A DNA stretch of 49,478 nucleotides from Planctomycetota bacterium (lineage in GTDB: Bacteria; Planctomycetota; UBA1135; UBA2386): positions 1-49,478 of the forward strand of contig JBNMND010000002.1 in NCBI GenBank assembly GCA_051274975.1. The letters are read 5' to 3'. Of this stretch, positions 25,650-38,108 are shown in pieces (the stretch's first letter is position 1; every line of letters starts with the position of its first letter). A program made the position numbers and the translations under genes. The notes beneath the pieces were generated by a model that saw only the letters and a list, made by a program, of their open reading frames with translations, was not told where the DNA came from and did not search any database.

Positions 25650-26738
25650 GTGATTTCGCCGACCAAACTACTCGCGTTGCTTGTTCATCGTGGTGACGTG
25701 ACGCCAGACATGGCACGCGACGCGATGGTGTCCGGTAATCCCGTATCTTTCTTGGTCGAGAAGGGCGTCTGTAGCGAGGCGCAATGGCAGGGCTGGTTGC
25801 GCACGGAAGCAGGCACACGACCGAACCTGACTCGCTACGAATTGGGCGAGTTGATTGGCGAAGGTGGCGTTGGTCGCGTGTTCGCGGCGAAGGACAAAAC
25901 CGATGGCACCGAAGTCGCCTTGAAGGTTCTGAAGCCCGAGCTTGCGACGGATGAAGTGCAGACCGAACGCTTCGTGCAAGAAGCACGATTGTTGATGAGC
26001 CTCGAGCACGATCACTTGGTCAAAGGACTGCGCATCGCGAAGGAAGGTGACACGATCTTCTTCGCGATGGAGCGTCTGCCGGGACGTTGCTTGCAAGATG
26101 TGATCGCGGACGACGACTTCGACAACGGTGGGCGCATCGACGAAGAGATCGCGTTGCAGGTGGTTGTCGATGTTGCGGGCGCCTTGCTCGCGCTGCACGA
26201 GAAGGGTTTGGTGCACCGGGACGTCAAGCCAGGCAACGTCATCTGGTCCGAAGAGCGCGGCTCGGTGCTGATCGACCTCGGCTTCGCCCTGCAAGGGGAC
26301 GCCGACGCTAGCGATACCACTGCGGGCACCGTGCATTACATCGCTCCCGAGCAGGCCCGCGGCGATGGCAAGCTCGATGTGCGTGCCGACATCTACGCGT
26401 TGGGCGCGACGCTCTATCACCTGACGACCGGGTCGTTGCCGTTCGAAGGAACGTCTGAAGAGGTGCTCGCCAAGCAGGTGCTGGAGTCGCTGTCCGGCGA
26501 ACGCATTCGCGACCTGGACCTGTCGCCGCAGCTGCACTACTTCCTAGAGAAGATGATGGCGAAGGATCCTGAGATGCGGTTCCAAGGCCCGGCCCAGTTG
26601 CAGCAAGACGTGCAGGCGTTCTTGGAGCAGCGCAAGCATCAGAAGGCAGCCGAAGAGCGCGAACGTGGCCGCCCGAAGCTTGGCGACCGTCGCAACCGGG
26701 CGCTGCAAGATCGCCAAAGCCGCCGCCGCCGTCGATGA
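25650..26738 (+). CDS. Ser/Thr protein kinase with a short N-terminal extension and a basic C-terminal tail.
   Basis: Kinase motifs present are GEGGVGRVF...VALK, HRDVKPGNV, DLGFA, YIAPE and DIYALGATLYHL. The N-terminal 50 aa (LLALLVHRGDVTPDMARDAM...FLVEKGVCSE) loosely resemble a T2SS-E/MshEN-type repeat, which is a weak impression only. It has a GTG start. Confidence 0.88.
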   Translation: MISPTKLLALLVHRGDVTPDMARDAMVSGNPVSFLVEKGVCSEAQWQGWLRTEAGTRPNLTRYELGELIGEGGVGRVFAAKDKTDGTEVALKVLKPELATDEVQTERFVQEARLLMSLEHDHLVKGLRIAKEGDTIFFAMERLPGRCLQDVIADDDFDNGGRIDEEIALQVVVDVAGALLALHEKGLVHRDVKPGNVIWSEERGSVLIDLGFALQGDADASDTTAGTVHYIAPEQARGDGKLDVRADIYALGATLYHLTTGSLPFEGTSEEVLAKQVLESLSGERIRDLDLSPQLHYFLEKMMAKDPEMRFQGPAQLQQDVQAFLEQRKHQKAAEERERGRPKLGDRRNRALQDRQSRRRRR

Positions 26739-27154
26739 CCGCCGCGCGCGAGCCGGGCTTTCCGTATGAGTTCGAGTGCAAGCGCTCGGGCAACTGCTGC
26801 GCCATCCCAGGTGGCTTCGTGCGCGTGACCGACGAAGAGCGGCTGGCGATTGCCGCACATCTCAACCTGACCGAAGCTGCGTTCGCTAGCCGCTACCTGC
26901 AGCCCGACGGCGTGCACCTGAAGGAAGGCCTCGGCAACCGCTGCACGTTCCTACAAGACGGGGCGCTCGCCGGCTGCGGCATCTATCCGGTGCGGCCACA
27001 CAAATGTCGTGAGTGGCCGTTCTGGCCAGAGATTCTCGACGACAATCGTCTGCAGCAACTAGTGACTCGAACCTGCCCCGGCATTCGTATCCTACCAGGC
27101 ACAGCAACAACCCATTCGCCACCCAGTGCTGACGCCGTCGACGATGACAGCTAG
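26735..27154 (+). CDS. YkgJ-family cysteine-cluster (zinc/iron-chelating, PF03692-like) protein.
   Basis: Cys-cluster segments present are CKRSGNCCAIPGG, CTFLQDG, CGIYPVRPHKCREWPFW. The ATGA at 26735-26738 overlaps the kinase stop. Confidence 0.8.
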   Translation: MTAAREPGFPYEFECKRSGNCCAIPGGFVRVTDEERLAIAAHLNLTEAAFASRYLQPDGVHLKEGLGNRCTFLQDGALAGCGIYPVRPHKCREWPFWPEILDDNRLQQLVTRTCPGIRILPGTATTHSPPSADAVDDDS

Positions 27155-27228
27155 CGGCGCGACTGGTGGTTTGTACCGGATACCGTTAGCAACCTCGGTG
27201 CGCGGGGTTGGGCGGGTGACGTAACCGC

Positions 27229-28965
27229 TTACTGCTGAACGCGTTTCCAGCGGCGGCGGCGCAGGTCGATGCTGCGTGGTTTGAGGTCGCTGGCGCGTTC
27301 GACGTCGACGCGTGCGTTCTTGCCGTGGCGATGTACGCGCACGATGCAGCAGAGGCCGATGCCGGCGATGTCGAGCCAGTCGCCGCGGGTGAGTCCGTGG
27401 GTTGGATCCGACTCGGGAACGGGTGCGTCGCCCTCTTCGCCTTCGCTCGGTTGCGAACGTTTCTGCGGTGGCTTCTCACGGCCGCGGATCAACGGCTTCG
27501 CGTCGGGCATGTGCGCGTCTTGCCACTCGCGTGTGCTGGTGCAGATGTCACATGAACCGCAGCCGTCCTGCAGATCATCAAAGCCAAAGTGCAGGTGGAT
27601 GGTCTTCTTGCGGCACTCCGGTTGGTTGGCGTAGCGCACCATCTTCAACAGGCCCATCAGGTCGTTCTGACGTTTATCGTCGGGCAGCCAGCCGGTGATC
27701 TCGTCGTGGTCGGGCACGCGCACAAGTTTTAGATCGAGCCCGACGTCCCCAGTTGTGCAGCCAGCGGCACGCATCAGGCGGAGCACGGTGTCGACGCGGC
27801 CGTCGCGGCGGTTCTTGTGCAAGAACGTCAATCTCAGTTGCTCGACATCGGCGGCATGTAGGCGGTCGTCGAGCGACACCATGTGGTCAATGAGGTCGCG
27901 GGCAAACTCGGCGGTGGGGTTGGCCCACTCTGTGAAGTTGCGCTGGATGACCAGGTCTTCTTCGCGGTAGAGCAGTTCGCAAAACGCGCCCTGGCCGTCG
28001 CGACCGGCACGACCTACTTCTTGGTAGTAGGCCTCGAGCGTGCGCGGGATCTGCCAGTGAATGATGGTGCGGATGTCGGACTTGTCGACACCCATGCCGA
28101 ATGCATTGGTCGCCAGCATCAGCGCGTCATCGCGCTCTTGGAACTTCGCTTGCTGGGTGCGGCGTTCGTGCGCCGACAGGTCGCCGTGGTAGACCATCGG
28201 CCAGAAGTCACGGCGTTGCAGTTCGCTTTCGAGGTAGCGCAGGTCCTTGATCAACGCGCAGTAGACGATCGCCGGACCACCGGTGCGCCGCAGCACCTCG
28301 GCCAGTCGGTTGAGCTTGTCGGAATCGGTCAACGCGTCGTGAACGGACAAGAACAGATTGTCGCGGGCGATGCCGGTGTGGAACAACCGCGCCTCGTCGA
28401 GGCCCAGGACGGCGCGGATGTCTTCTTGTACTTGTGGCGTAGCCGTGGCCGTCAATGCCAGGCACGGCACATCACCGAGCAGCTTGCGAATCTCGCCGAG
28501 GCGCTGGTAGTCCGGTCGGAAGTCGTGGCCCCATTGGCTGAGGCAGTGCGCTTCGTCGATGGCTAGCCGCTGCACATCGAGCTTCTGCACCGTCTCGAGG
28601 AAGTCGCCAACGCGGAACCGCTCTGGCGTCACGTAGAGCAGCTTGATCTTGCCGTCGACGACGGCTTTGAGGCGCTGTTGGCGTTCTTCCTTGGTCAACA
28701 TGCTGTGGATGCACGTTGCGGGCAGGTTGCGCTTGTGCAGCGCAGCTACCTGGTCGTCCATCAGCGCGATCAGCGGCGATATGACAATAGTTAGTCCGTC
28801 ACCGACGAATCCCGGCAGTTGGTAACACAGCGATTTGCCGTCGCCGGTGGCCATCAGGACCAGAGCAGACTCGCCGCTGAGGTGATGTTCGACAATCTCT
28901 CGCTGCGGTCCGCGGAATGTCGAGAAGCCGTACAGCTCCTGCAGGGATTGGCTCAGGTCGGTCAC
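27229..28965 (-). CDS. recQ: RecQ-family ATP-dependent DNA helicase.
   Basis: Motifs present are FRGPQREIV, LMATGDGKSLCYQLP, DEAHCLSQWGHDFRPDY, and the helicase C and RecQ Zn-binding region (CRKKTIHLHFG...CGSCDIC). No obvious HRDC domain is present. There is a basic/SH3-like C-terminal tail. It has a GTG start. Confidence 0.85.
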   Translation of the reverse strand: MTDLSQSLQELYGFSTFRGPQREIVEHHLSGESALVLMATGDGKSLCYQLPGFVGDGLTIVISPLIALMDDQVAALHKRNLPATCIHSMLTKEERQQRLKAVVDGKIKLLYVTPERFRVGDFLETVQKLDVQRLAIDEAHCLSQWGHDFRPDYQRLGEIRKLLGDVPCLALTATATPQVQEDIRAVLGLDEARLFHTGIARDNLFLSVHDALTDSDKLNRLAEVLRRTGGPAIVYCALIKDLRYLESELQRRDFWPMVYHGDLSAHERRTQQAKFQERDDALMLATNAFGMGVDKSDIRTIIHWQIPRTLEAYYQEVGRAGRDGQGAFCELLYREEDLVIQRNFTEWANPTAEFARDLIDHMVSLDDRLHAADVEQLRLTFLHKNRRDGRVDTVLRLMRAAGCTTGDVGLDLKLVRVPDHDEITGWLPDDKRQNDLMGLLKMVRYANQPECRKKTIHLHFGFDDLQDGCGSCDICTSTREWQDAHMPDAKPLIRGREKPPQKRSQPSEGEEGDAPVPESDPTHGLTRGDWLDIAGIGLCCIVRVHRHGKNARVDVERASDLKPRSIDLRRRRWKRVQQ

Positions 28966-29148
28966 GCGCCGGAACAGTAAGCGGCGTTTCCGTGAGGTTC
29001 GAGCCTAGTCCGATGGATGGCACGCAGAACGTCACTCTGTTTTGCATCCGTTAGTGCTGTCCGCACCCAACAATCGAGCCCGAAAGTGCGTTGTGATCGC
29101 ATTCCTGATTGCGAGCTGCAGCGGTGGCCGCGTCGAGAATCAGCTGCG

Positions 29149-30810
29149 TTAGTTGGCAGTGTCTCGCTCCTCAATGGCCCGTGCGAGTTGTGCCGCCATG
29201 CGCCCGCGTCGCAGCGGGGCGGTTGTTGGCAACACGCTTTCCCGCGCCGCACGGGTTGCGAGTTCCCAGAGCTTCGCGAGTTGTTGCAGGGCGCTCAAGG
29301 AGATCGTGTTGCCAAGCTTGGCGAAGCGCTCGCGCAGCCAAAGTTGCTCGGCGTCGTCCTGCTCGCTAGGCGCTGTGGCGCTGTTCGGGTCGAAGCTGCC
29401 TGAACTCTGCGACTCGACGCGCCCTTGGTAGCTGAGAAACTGTCGGAGATCGACTTCGGCCGCGCCGTGCCAGCGCACCCAGCCCGATGCAATTGTGAAC
29501 CAGTTTGCAGCCTTGCGGTCAAGGCGCACCAGATCGTCGTGCGAGCACGGCGACCGCAGCGTGACCATCGCAAGCTCGGGCCCGGCGATGCGAACGTCTT
29601 CAAGGCACGCGTGGATCGCGGACAGGGGCAGCACACCTGGCCGGCACGGATGTCCGGTTAGCGCGGCTTCATGGTGTTCTGCTAGGACCTTGCCGTTGCC
29701 GTCTTGTAGCTGTGCTCGGCCGTCGTCGAATTGCCATTGGACCTGTAAGTGCACATCTTCGCGCGCTTGGTTCGATCGAGGAGCTACCGGGGAGGTGGTG
29801 GCGCTCGGGACGAGCTTGCGTTGCTGCAATTGCTCGACCAAGGCACTCGCTACCAGCTCGTGTCCGCTCGGTGTGAAGTGACCATCGAAGCGATAGTGGC
29901 ATTTCGCTCTCAGTTTGCGTGCCTGTCTGCGCAGGTGCGCGGTCACGTCCATTACATGCAGGCCAAGGTCCGGCGCGTCGAACTCGGCAAAGCGTTGCTG
30001 GAAATACGGCTCGTTGCTTTCTGCGACGTAGCGCGCGGTTGGCAGCGGCACGACCACAACCGGAACGTTGTCTGCTGAGGCATGGAACCTTCTGACCAAG
30101 GCCGCCAGCAGTTGCCATTGGCGACCGTCGCGATCTTTGTAGCCGGGGTCGGGGGGTGCCTTGAGGAAGGGGCCGAGGGTGCGCGCCAATCGCGACCGCA
30201 GCTTTGCCTTGGCGGTTGCGATCCGTGCCTGCGTTGGGTTCTGAATCTGCGGAAACGGTGGCTCGACCAACTCAATCCCCTGTTCGGCAACGGGAACGCC
30301 GCGTAGCTCCAGCGAGCCATCGTCCGTGAGCACAAAGTGCGGGCGATCGACGTGCCACAGCCGGTTGTCGCGATCGATCGCGATGCGCTTGCCGGATTGG
30401 ATGCGTTCGATCGTGTGCACGGCGATGCAGAACAGGATCAGGTCCGGGCGCGGCAGCGCACCGCTCTCTAGTTGCAGAACGTTTTGGTCGGGGCCGTGGC
30501 CGGGTACCGCAACGTTCGACACGGCGATGTCGAGCTGCTTCGCCAGCAATGCCGAGAAGCGTTGCTCATTGTTGACGCCGTCGCCAGCCGCGTACGAATC
30601 GCCATAGCACATGACGTGCAGGCCGGGCGGTGGCGCAGTGAGGTCGTGATCTTCACGGAAGCCCTGCGCGTTGGTGACCGAGAAGTAGGCGCCGTGCTCG
30701 TGCGGAATGCGGCGATGCACGTTGGCGACAAACGCATGGCCCAGTTGCGCGTCGTGCCGGATCTGCCGTCCTTGTGGGACCATGCGATGCGGGAAGGGGG
30801 CGTTACTCAT
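29149..30810 (-). CDS. SGNH/GDSL-type hydrolase domain protein with an unassigned C-terminal half.
   Basis: Block I is VMCYGDSYAAGDG. Block V-like is FDGHFTPSGHELVA. The C-terminal 200 aa or so are unassigned. Confidence 0.7.
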   Translation of the reverse strand: MSNAPFPHRMVPQGRQIRHDAQLGHAFVANVHRRIPHEHGAYFSVTNAQGFREDHDLTAPPPGLHVMCYGDSYAAGDGVNNEQRFSALLAKQLDIAVSNVAVPGHGPDQNVLQLESGALPRPDLILFCIAVHTIERIQSGKRIAIDRDNRLWHVDRPHFVLTDDGSLELRGVPVAEQGIELVEPPFPQIQNPTQARIATAKAKLRSRLARTLGPFLKAPPDPGYKDRDGRQWQLLAALVRRFHASADNVPVVVVPLPTARYVAESNEPYFQQRFAEFDAPDLGLHVMDVTAHLRRQARKLRAKCHYRFDGHFTPSGHELVASALVEQLQQRKLVPSATTSPVAPRSNQAREDVHLQVQWQFDDGRAQLQDGNGKVLAEHHEAALTGHPCRPGVLPLSAIHACLEDVRIAGPELAMVTLRSPCSHDDLVRLDRKAANWFTIASGWVRWHGAAEVDLRQFLSYQGRVESQSSGSFDPNSATAPSEQDDAEQLWLRERFAKLGNTISLSALQQLAKLWELATRAARESVLPTTAPLRRGRMAAQLARAIEERDTAN

Positions 30811-31213
30811 GGGGTGGTGTCGCGGCGTTTGCAGCGCCAGGAGGGCGTTAGCATTACGTTAGCGTGGCGCCCTGTCGACAACGCACTTGCGGGTAGGATA
30901 GCGCTCTTGTTGCCTGCCTGCCGGAGCGCGCAACGTGGTCGAGTTTCGTCGGCGACATCGATGTCGTCACAGAGGACCTTCCTCGCACGGCGATCTTGAC
31001 GAATCTCGCGCGACTGTTCGGGATCTCGTCGGTCCACAGCGGCAGTGTCGTGCCGGGCCTCGGCAACGAACCGATGCCGGCGAACAGGGGCACGGGAGTG
31101 CCACCGCTGCCGGACACGCTCGGGCCCGCGTCTTGTCATCGGAATCGCGAGGCTGGGCACCTAGGGGGAGTCCGTAAGGTTGCCGTCTTGTGTGGGCGAT
31201 GGCTCGCCGCGGC

Positions 31214-34513
<3,300 letters not shown>

Positions 34514-34642
34514 TGGAGGCGAGCAGGCTACCAGTCTGGTTTGTTCGAGGCACGCATTCTGGAGCTCGGGTGGGGGAGGAACCGTCGGAATCTAGTCCAT
34601 TCTTGACGCTGTGGTGCGGCTGTCGGCGGTGAGCGGGTGTCT

Positions 34643-36568
34643 CTACTTGGCCTTCGCGAGCTCGAAGTCAGCGGTTGCGTCTTGTCCGGCATCGCTTGCT
34701 AGCCAAACGTAGAAGTCGCGTACCCGTGAGCCGGCATTCTTGTTGTACGCGACAAACCATGTCTCGAGCAGCGGGTAGCTGCCGTCGGCGATCGTCTGTG
34801 CAGTCAGCGCAACGGCGTGCGCGGTAGTTGTCTTGATCGGCACCATACGTACCGCGCTGCCCAGGTCGATCGCTTGCAGCATCGGTAGGCAGGCGATGGC
34901 ATTGCGGTGTTCGACCACGAACTTTCCGAGGTCTTGCGCGGTTTCTCGTGTCGTTGGTTGGTGTGTGGTTAAGCGGCCGTTGAGCACTGTTTGTCGAAAC
35001 GGCATGTAGTGGCGACTGCCAGGAAGGAACATAGCCATCGCGATCTGATCTTGGTCGTTCTGAGGCTGGCCTGTCGGCTTGGCGGTGGCCGGCAGTTGCG
35101 CGTCGAATTGCGACCACCGATGTTTGTCGAGCACGGTGAACAGGCGGCGCAATTGCGCGCGTTCGATTGTGGCGAGTGGGTTGTCGGGGTGAACACACAC
35201 GGCCAAGGCTTGGCGCCTTGCCACGGCCGAATAAACTTCGACTCCTATAGCCTTGGCAGTGGCGCGCTCCTTCGCGGTTGGGGGGCGGACCATCAACGCG
35301 ATGTCCGCTTTGCCTTGCAGGAGTTGCGAGAAACCGTCGCTGCTGCCGACACTCAATACTTCGGCGTATCTCTTTCTCGTGCCTTGATAGGTTTGCAGCC
35401 AGTGCCGCCCGAGTTCGGTCATGCTCCCGGACCCGCACAATACGAGGTGGGTGCGCTTCAGGGGCCTAGCCTTTGTGACGGTGCGCTCCGGGCGAGTCAG
35501 GTCGATCAGGTAGAGGGACGACGTGGCATCGCCATACAGTCCATCCACGACCGCTGCGTTTCGTGCGTTGGATGAGATAGAGAGCGAGCGTGGTGCCGGA
35601 AATCCCAAGCGCCAGCCTGCCGTGAACAGCTTGGTCTCGCGCAGCGAGTTGCCGTGGACTTCGGTTTCCAGCAGCACGTGTTGCGTCTTGTTCTGCTGGA
35701 CGAGTGGGCGACGTCCCAGCACATAGATAGTCTTGCTGTCCGGCGACCATTGCACGTCGAAGATGGTTAGATCGGTTTCTGGGCCCAGCTCGCGGGTGTC
35801 TAGTAGTTGGTTGTTTTCGAAGACGAGAATCGACCGCTTTGTGCCTAGCACGGCTGGTAAGGCAATGCGTTCTCCCCCCGGTGCGAATGCCGGGATGAGT
35901 TGAACCTTGGCCTGTGGGATCAGGCGACTGTCGCAATAAACCCTGCGCGATAGGTCTTCTGCATTGAGGGTGCCGAGGCTCCAACCTCCGGTTGCGGCCG
36001 GCTTGACCGACAAATAGCCAATGCCGTCGCCGAACGTGCCCAGCATCGCACGGGCTTCGCCTTGGGGCCGTTGCAGGGCGTGCATTTTGCCGGTGTTGGG
36101 GTTCAATTCGACCATGCCAGAAGCTTCGATCAGAATGCGGCCTGGCTGGTAGATCGGCGACCCCCAGAGTTTGCGTTGCCCGAGTGGCGGTGAGAACGAA
36201 TTGATGATCGTGCCCGCTGGGTGAGAAAGTAGGTGAATCGTGGCTTGCACCGGTCTGCTCCGTCGACTGATGCCGAGCGCAGTGACCGCAACGAACGTTT
36301 TGCTATTGGTGCACCACTGCACTGTGTCGATGCGTTCCCCGTGCTTGGCTAGGAAAACGCGTGTTGCGGACTGCGTGGCAACGTCGTAGCGAGCGACGAA
36401 GTGCCGGTCGCCATCGCGGCCAACAAACAACAGCATGAGACCATTCGGGCTCCAACTGCACAGGTTGCCGCTTTGACTGACGGCGAACTGCGTTAGCTGT
36501 GTCGTCGCGACGAGCCACAACAGCACTGCGCTTAGCCAAGTCTTGGTCTGTTGCTTCTCGCCGATCAT
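34643..36568 (-). CDS. Membrane-anchored/secreted fusion of a beta-propeller-like region (TolB/WD40-like) and a C-terminal PstS/PBP_like_2 substrate-binding domain.
   Basis: The track ORF was trimmed from 36736 to the ATG at 36568 (MIGEKQQTKTWLSAVLLWLVATTQL). The C-terminus reads LVLCGSGSMTELGRHWLQTY...VGSSDGFSQLLQGKADIALMVRP...ALAVCVHPDNPL, which is typical of phosphate-binding-protein-like domains. Confidence 0.75.
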   Translation of the reverse strand: MIGEKQQTKTWLSAVLLWLVATTQLTQFAVSQSGNLCSWSPNGLMLLFVGRDGDRHFVARYDVATQSATRVFLAKHGERIDTVQWCTNSKTFVAVTALGISRRSRPVQATIHLLSHPAGTIINSFSPPLGQRKLWGSPIYQPGRILIEASGMVELNPNTGKMHALQRPQGEARAMLGTFGDGIGYLSVKPAATGGWSLGTLNAEDLSRRVYCDSRLIPQAKVQLIPAFAPGGERIALPAVLGTKRSILVFENNQLLDTRELGPETDLTIFDVQWSPDSKTIYVLGRRPLVQQNKTQHVLLETEVHGNSLRETKLFTAGWRLGFPAPRSLSISSNARNAAVVDGLYGDATSSLYLIDLTRPERTVTKARPLKRTHLVLCGSGSMTELGRHWLQTYQGTRKRYAEVLSVGSSDGFSQLLQGKADIALMVRPPTAKERATAKAIGVEVYSAVARRQALAVCVHPDNPLATIERAQLRRLFTVLDKHRWSQFDAQLPATAKPTGQPQNDQDQIAMAMFLPGSRHYMPFRQTVLNGRLTTHQPTTRETAQDLGKFVVEHRNAIACLPMLQAIDLGSAVRMVPIKTTTAHAVALTAQTIADGSYPLLETWFVAYNKNAGSRVRDFYVWLASDAGQDATADFELAKAK

Positions 36569-36656
36569 TTCGCTGGTCTCGTGCCAACCGTGTTCCGTCG
36601 ACCCTGACTGTATCTGCGCTCCCGAGTTCGACAAACCCCTTGCCCCGGCTACCGCG

Positions 36657-37433
36657 ATGGCCGAGCCTGCTGCGCCGATGCCGCACGACAACCCGCCAAC
36701 CAGGAGCCCATCGTGGCTTCTGCGCATCCGCAGCATCGTGCGTGGCCTCGGGCCCGCAGGTCCATTGCTGCTGGTTGCCGCCGGTTGTCCATTGTTTGGA
36801 ATGCTGGTGTTGACCGCGACGTCATCGACGTGGCTGCCGTGGTTTGGCGAAGGCCTCGATTCCGCTCTAGTCTTCTGGGGCCTCGGCGCGGTGATGGCGG
36901 GCTTGTGCCTGATCCCGACGCAAGTCGCGTCGCTGGTCGCCGGCTACTTGTTCGGTGCATGGCTCGGCAGCGTGCTCGGGTTGCTGGTTGTTATCGTTGC
37001 TGCGATCATTGGCTTTCAGCTGTGGTCACGTGTCGTCGGCACACGCGTCCTGGAAGCGATCAGCAACGAACCAATGGCTGCGCGCGTGCATCGCGCGTTG
37101 CTCGGGCGAAGCGCTGGGCGCACGATCTGGTTGGTCGCCTTGCTGCGATTGTCGCCGGTGATGCCGTTCGCCGCGACCAATCTGTTAATGGCGTCGTTTG
37201 GCGTGCGCGGTCCGGTGTTCTTGGCCGCAACGGTGATTGGCGTCGCACCGCGTCTCGTGGCCGTATCGCTCATCGGGGCCGAACTGTCCGAGTTCGATTG
37301 GGACGCCACAGGTAGCCGTTGGACGACGATCGTCGCCATCGTTGCGACCATCCTGTTTGTCGCGGTGATCTCGCGCATTGCCAAGAATGCACTGCAGCGT
37401 GAGACGGCCGAAGCTGAGGCAGAAGAGTCATGA
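36657..37433 (+). CDS. TVP38/TMEM64 (DedA-related, VTT domain) family membrane protein.
   Basis: The track ORF was trimmed to the ATG at 36657. It has multiple TMs and the motif region LIPTQVASLVAGYLFGAWLGSVLGLL...GFQLWSRVVG. Confidence 0.75.
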   Translation: MAEPAAPMPHDNPPTRSPSWLLRIRSIVRGLGPAGPLLLVAAGCPLFGMLVLTATSSTWLPWFGEGLDSALVFWGLGAVMAGLCLIPTQVASLVAGYLFGAWLGSVLGLLVVIVAAIIGFQLWSRVVGTRVLEAISNEPMAARVHRALLGRSAGRTIWLVALLRLSPVMPFAATNLLMASFGVRGPVFLAATVIGVAPRLVAVSLIGAELSEFDWDATGSRWTTIVAIVATILFVAVISRIAKNALQRETAEAEAEES

Positions 37434-38014
37434 ACTGGCTGGCACACCTGCGTCTGTCGCCCGGGTCACCGTTGTTGCGCATTGGCAACCTCGCCGGGGA
37501 CTTTGTGCGCGGTATCGATGTGTCGACGCTGCATCCGGAGATCCAGCGCGGTGTTGCCTTGCATCGTGCCATTGACAACTACGTTGATACCCACGCCGTG
37601 TTTCGCCGGGCACGCACGCGCTTTGCCGAACCGTTTCAGCGCTATGGCGGTGTTGCCCTGGATGTGTTCTTCGATCACTACTTGGCGCGCGATTGGTACC
37701 GCCACGGTGACGGCAGCGAGTTGACGCAGTTCGTCGCCGATGTGCACGCTGCCATGCAGCTGCATCGCGATGTACTGCCACCTGATCTACAGCGACTGCA
37801 CGACCGCATGGCCGAGAACAGCTGGCTGACGATGTATGGCACCGTCGACGGTATCGAGCGGGTGTTGCGTGCGATGGCGAAGCGGGGGCGACGGCCGTCG
37901 TCGTTGGCGACGATCACCGTCGAGTTGAGGCGCAACTACGACGCGTTCGAAGCGGACTTCGAAGAACTGTGGCCGGAGTTGCTGCGGTTCGTTGCTGGTC
38001 GCAGCGCGACGTAG
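37430..38014 (+). CDS. acpH: Acyl carrier protein phosphodiesterase.
   Basis: MNWLAHLRLSPGSPLLRIGNLAGDFVRG...LHRAID...DVFFDHYLAR is collinear with E. coli AcpH (MNFLAHLHLA...GNLLADFVRG) and of the same length. An ATGA overlaps the upstream gene. Confidence 0.85.
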   Translation: MNWLAHLRLSPGSPLLRIGNLAGDFVRGIDVSTLHPEIQRGVALHRAIDNYVDTHAVFRRARTRFAEPFQRYGGVALDVFFDHYLARDWYRHGDGSELTQFVADVHAAMQLHRDVLPPDLQRLHDRMAENSWLTMYGTVDGIERVLRAMAKRGRRPSSLATITVELRRNYDAFEADFEELWPELLRFVAGRSAT

Positions 38015-38108
38015 CCGCCGAGTAGCAGCCCGCCGATCGTCAGCGACCAGAATACGACGATATGCGTGCAGGTCACGGCGATGTGTTGCGCGGTTGTCGC
38101 TGCGCTGG

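Noticed and set aside
28990-29015. A GGTTCGAGCC motif resembling a tRNA T-arm. Similar GGTTCAAACC motifs occur inside the 12636-12711 foldback.
   Set aside because: I could not draw a cloverleaf around either one. The T-stem does not pair, and there is no acceptor stem or anticodon arm. I found no tRNA in the window by eye, and tRNAscan-SE should confirm this.
30807-31160. 117-aa track ORF ending in an ATGA overlap with the SGNH gene start.
   Set aside because: It is about 22% Arg with weaker third-position bias than a co-located alternative frame. The ATGA junction is probably coincidental. The region itself is flagged separately as possibly coding.
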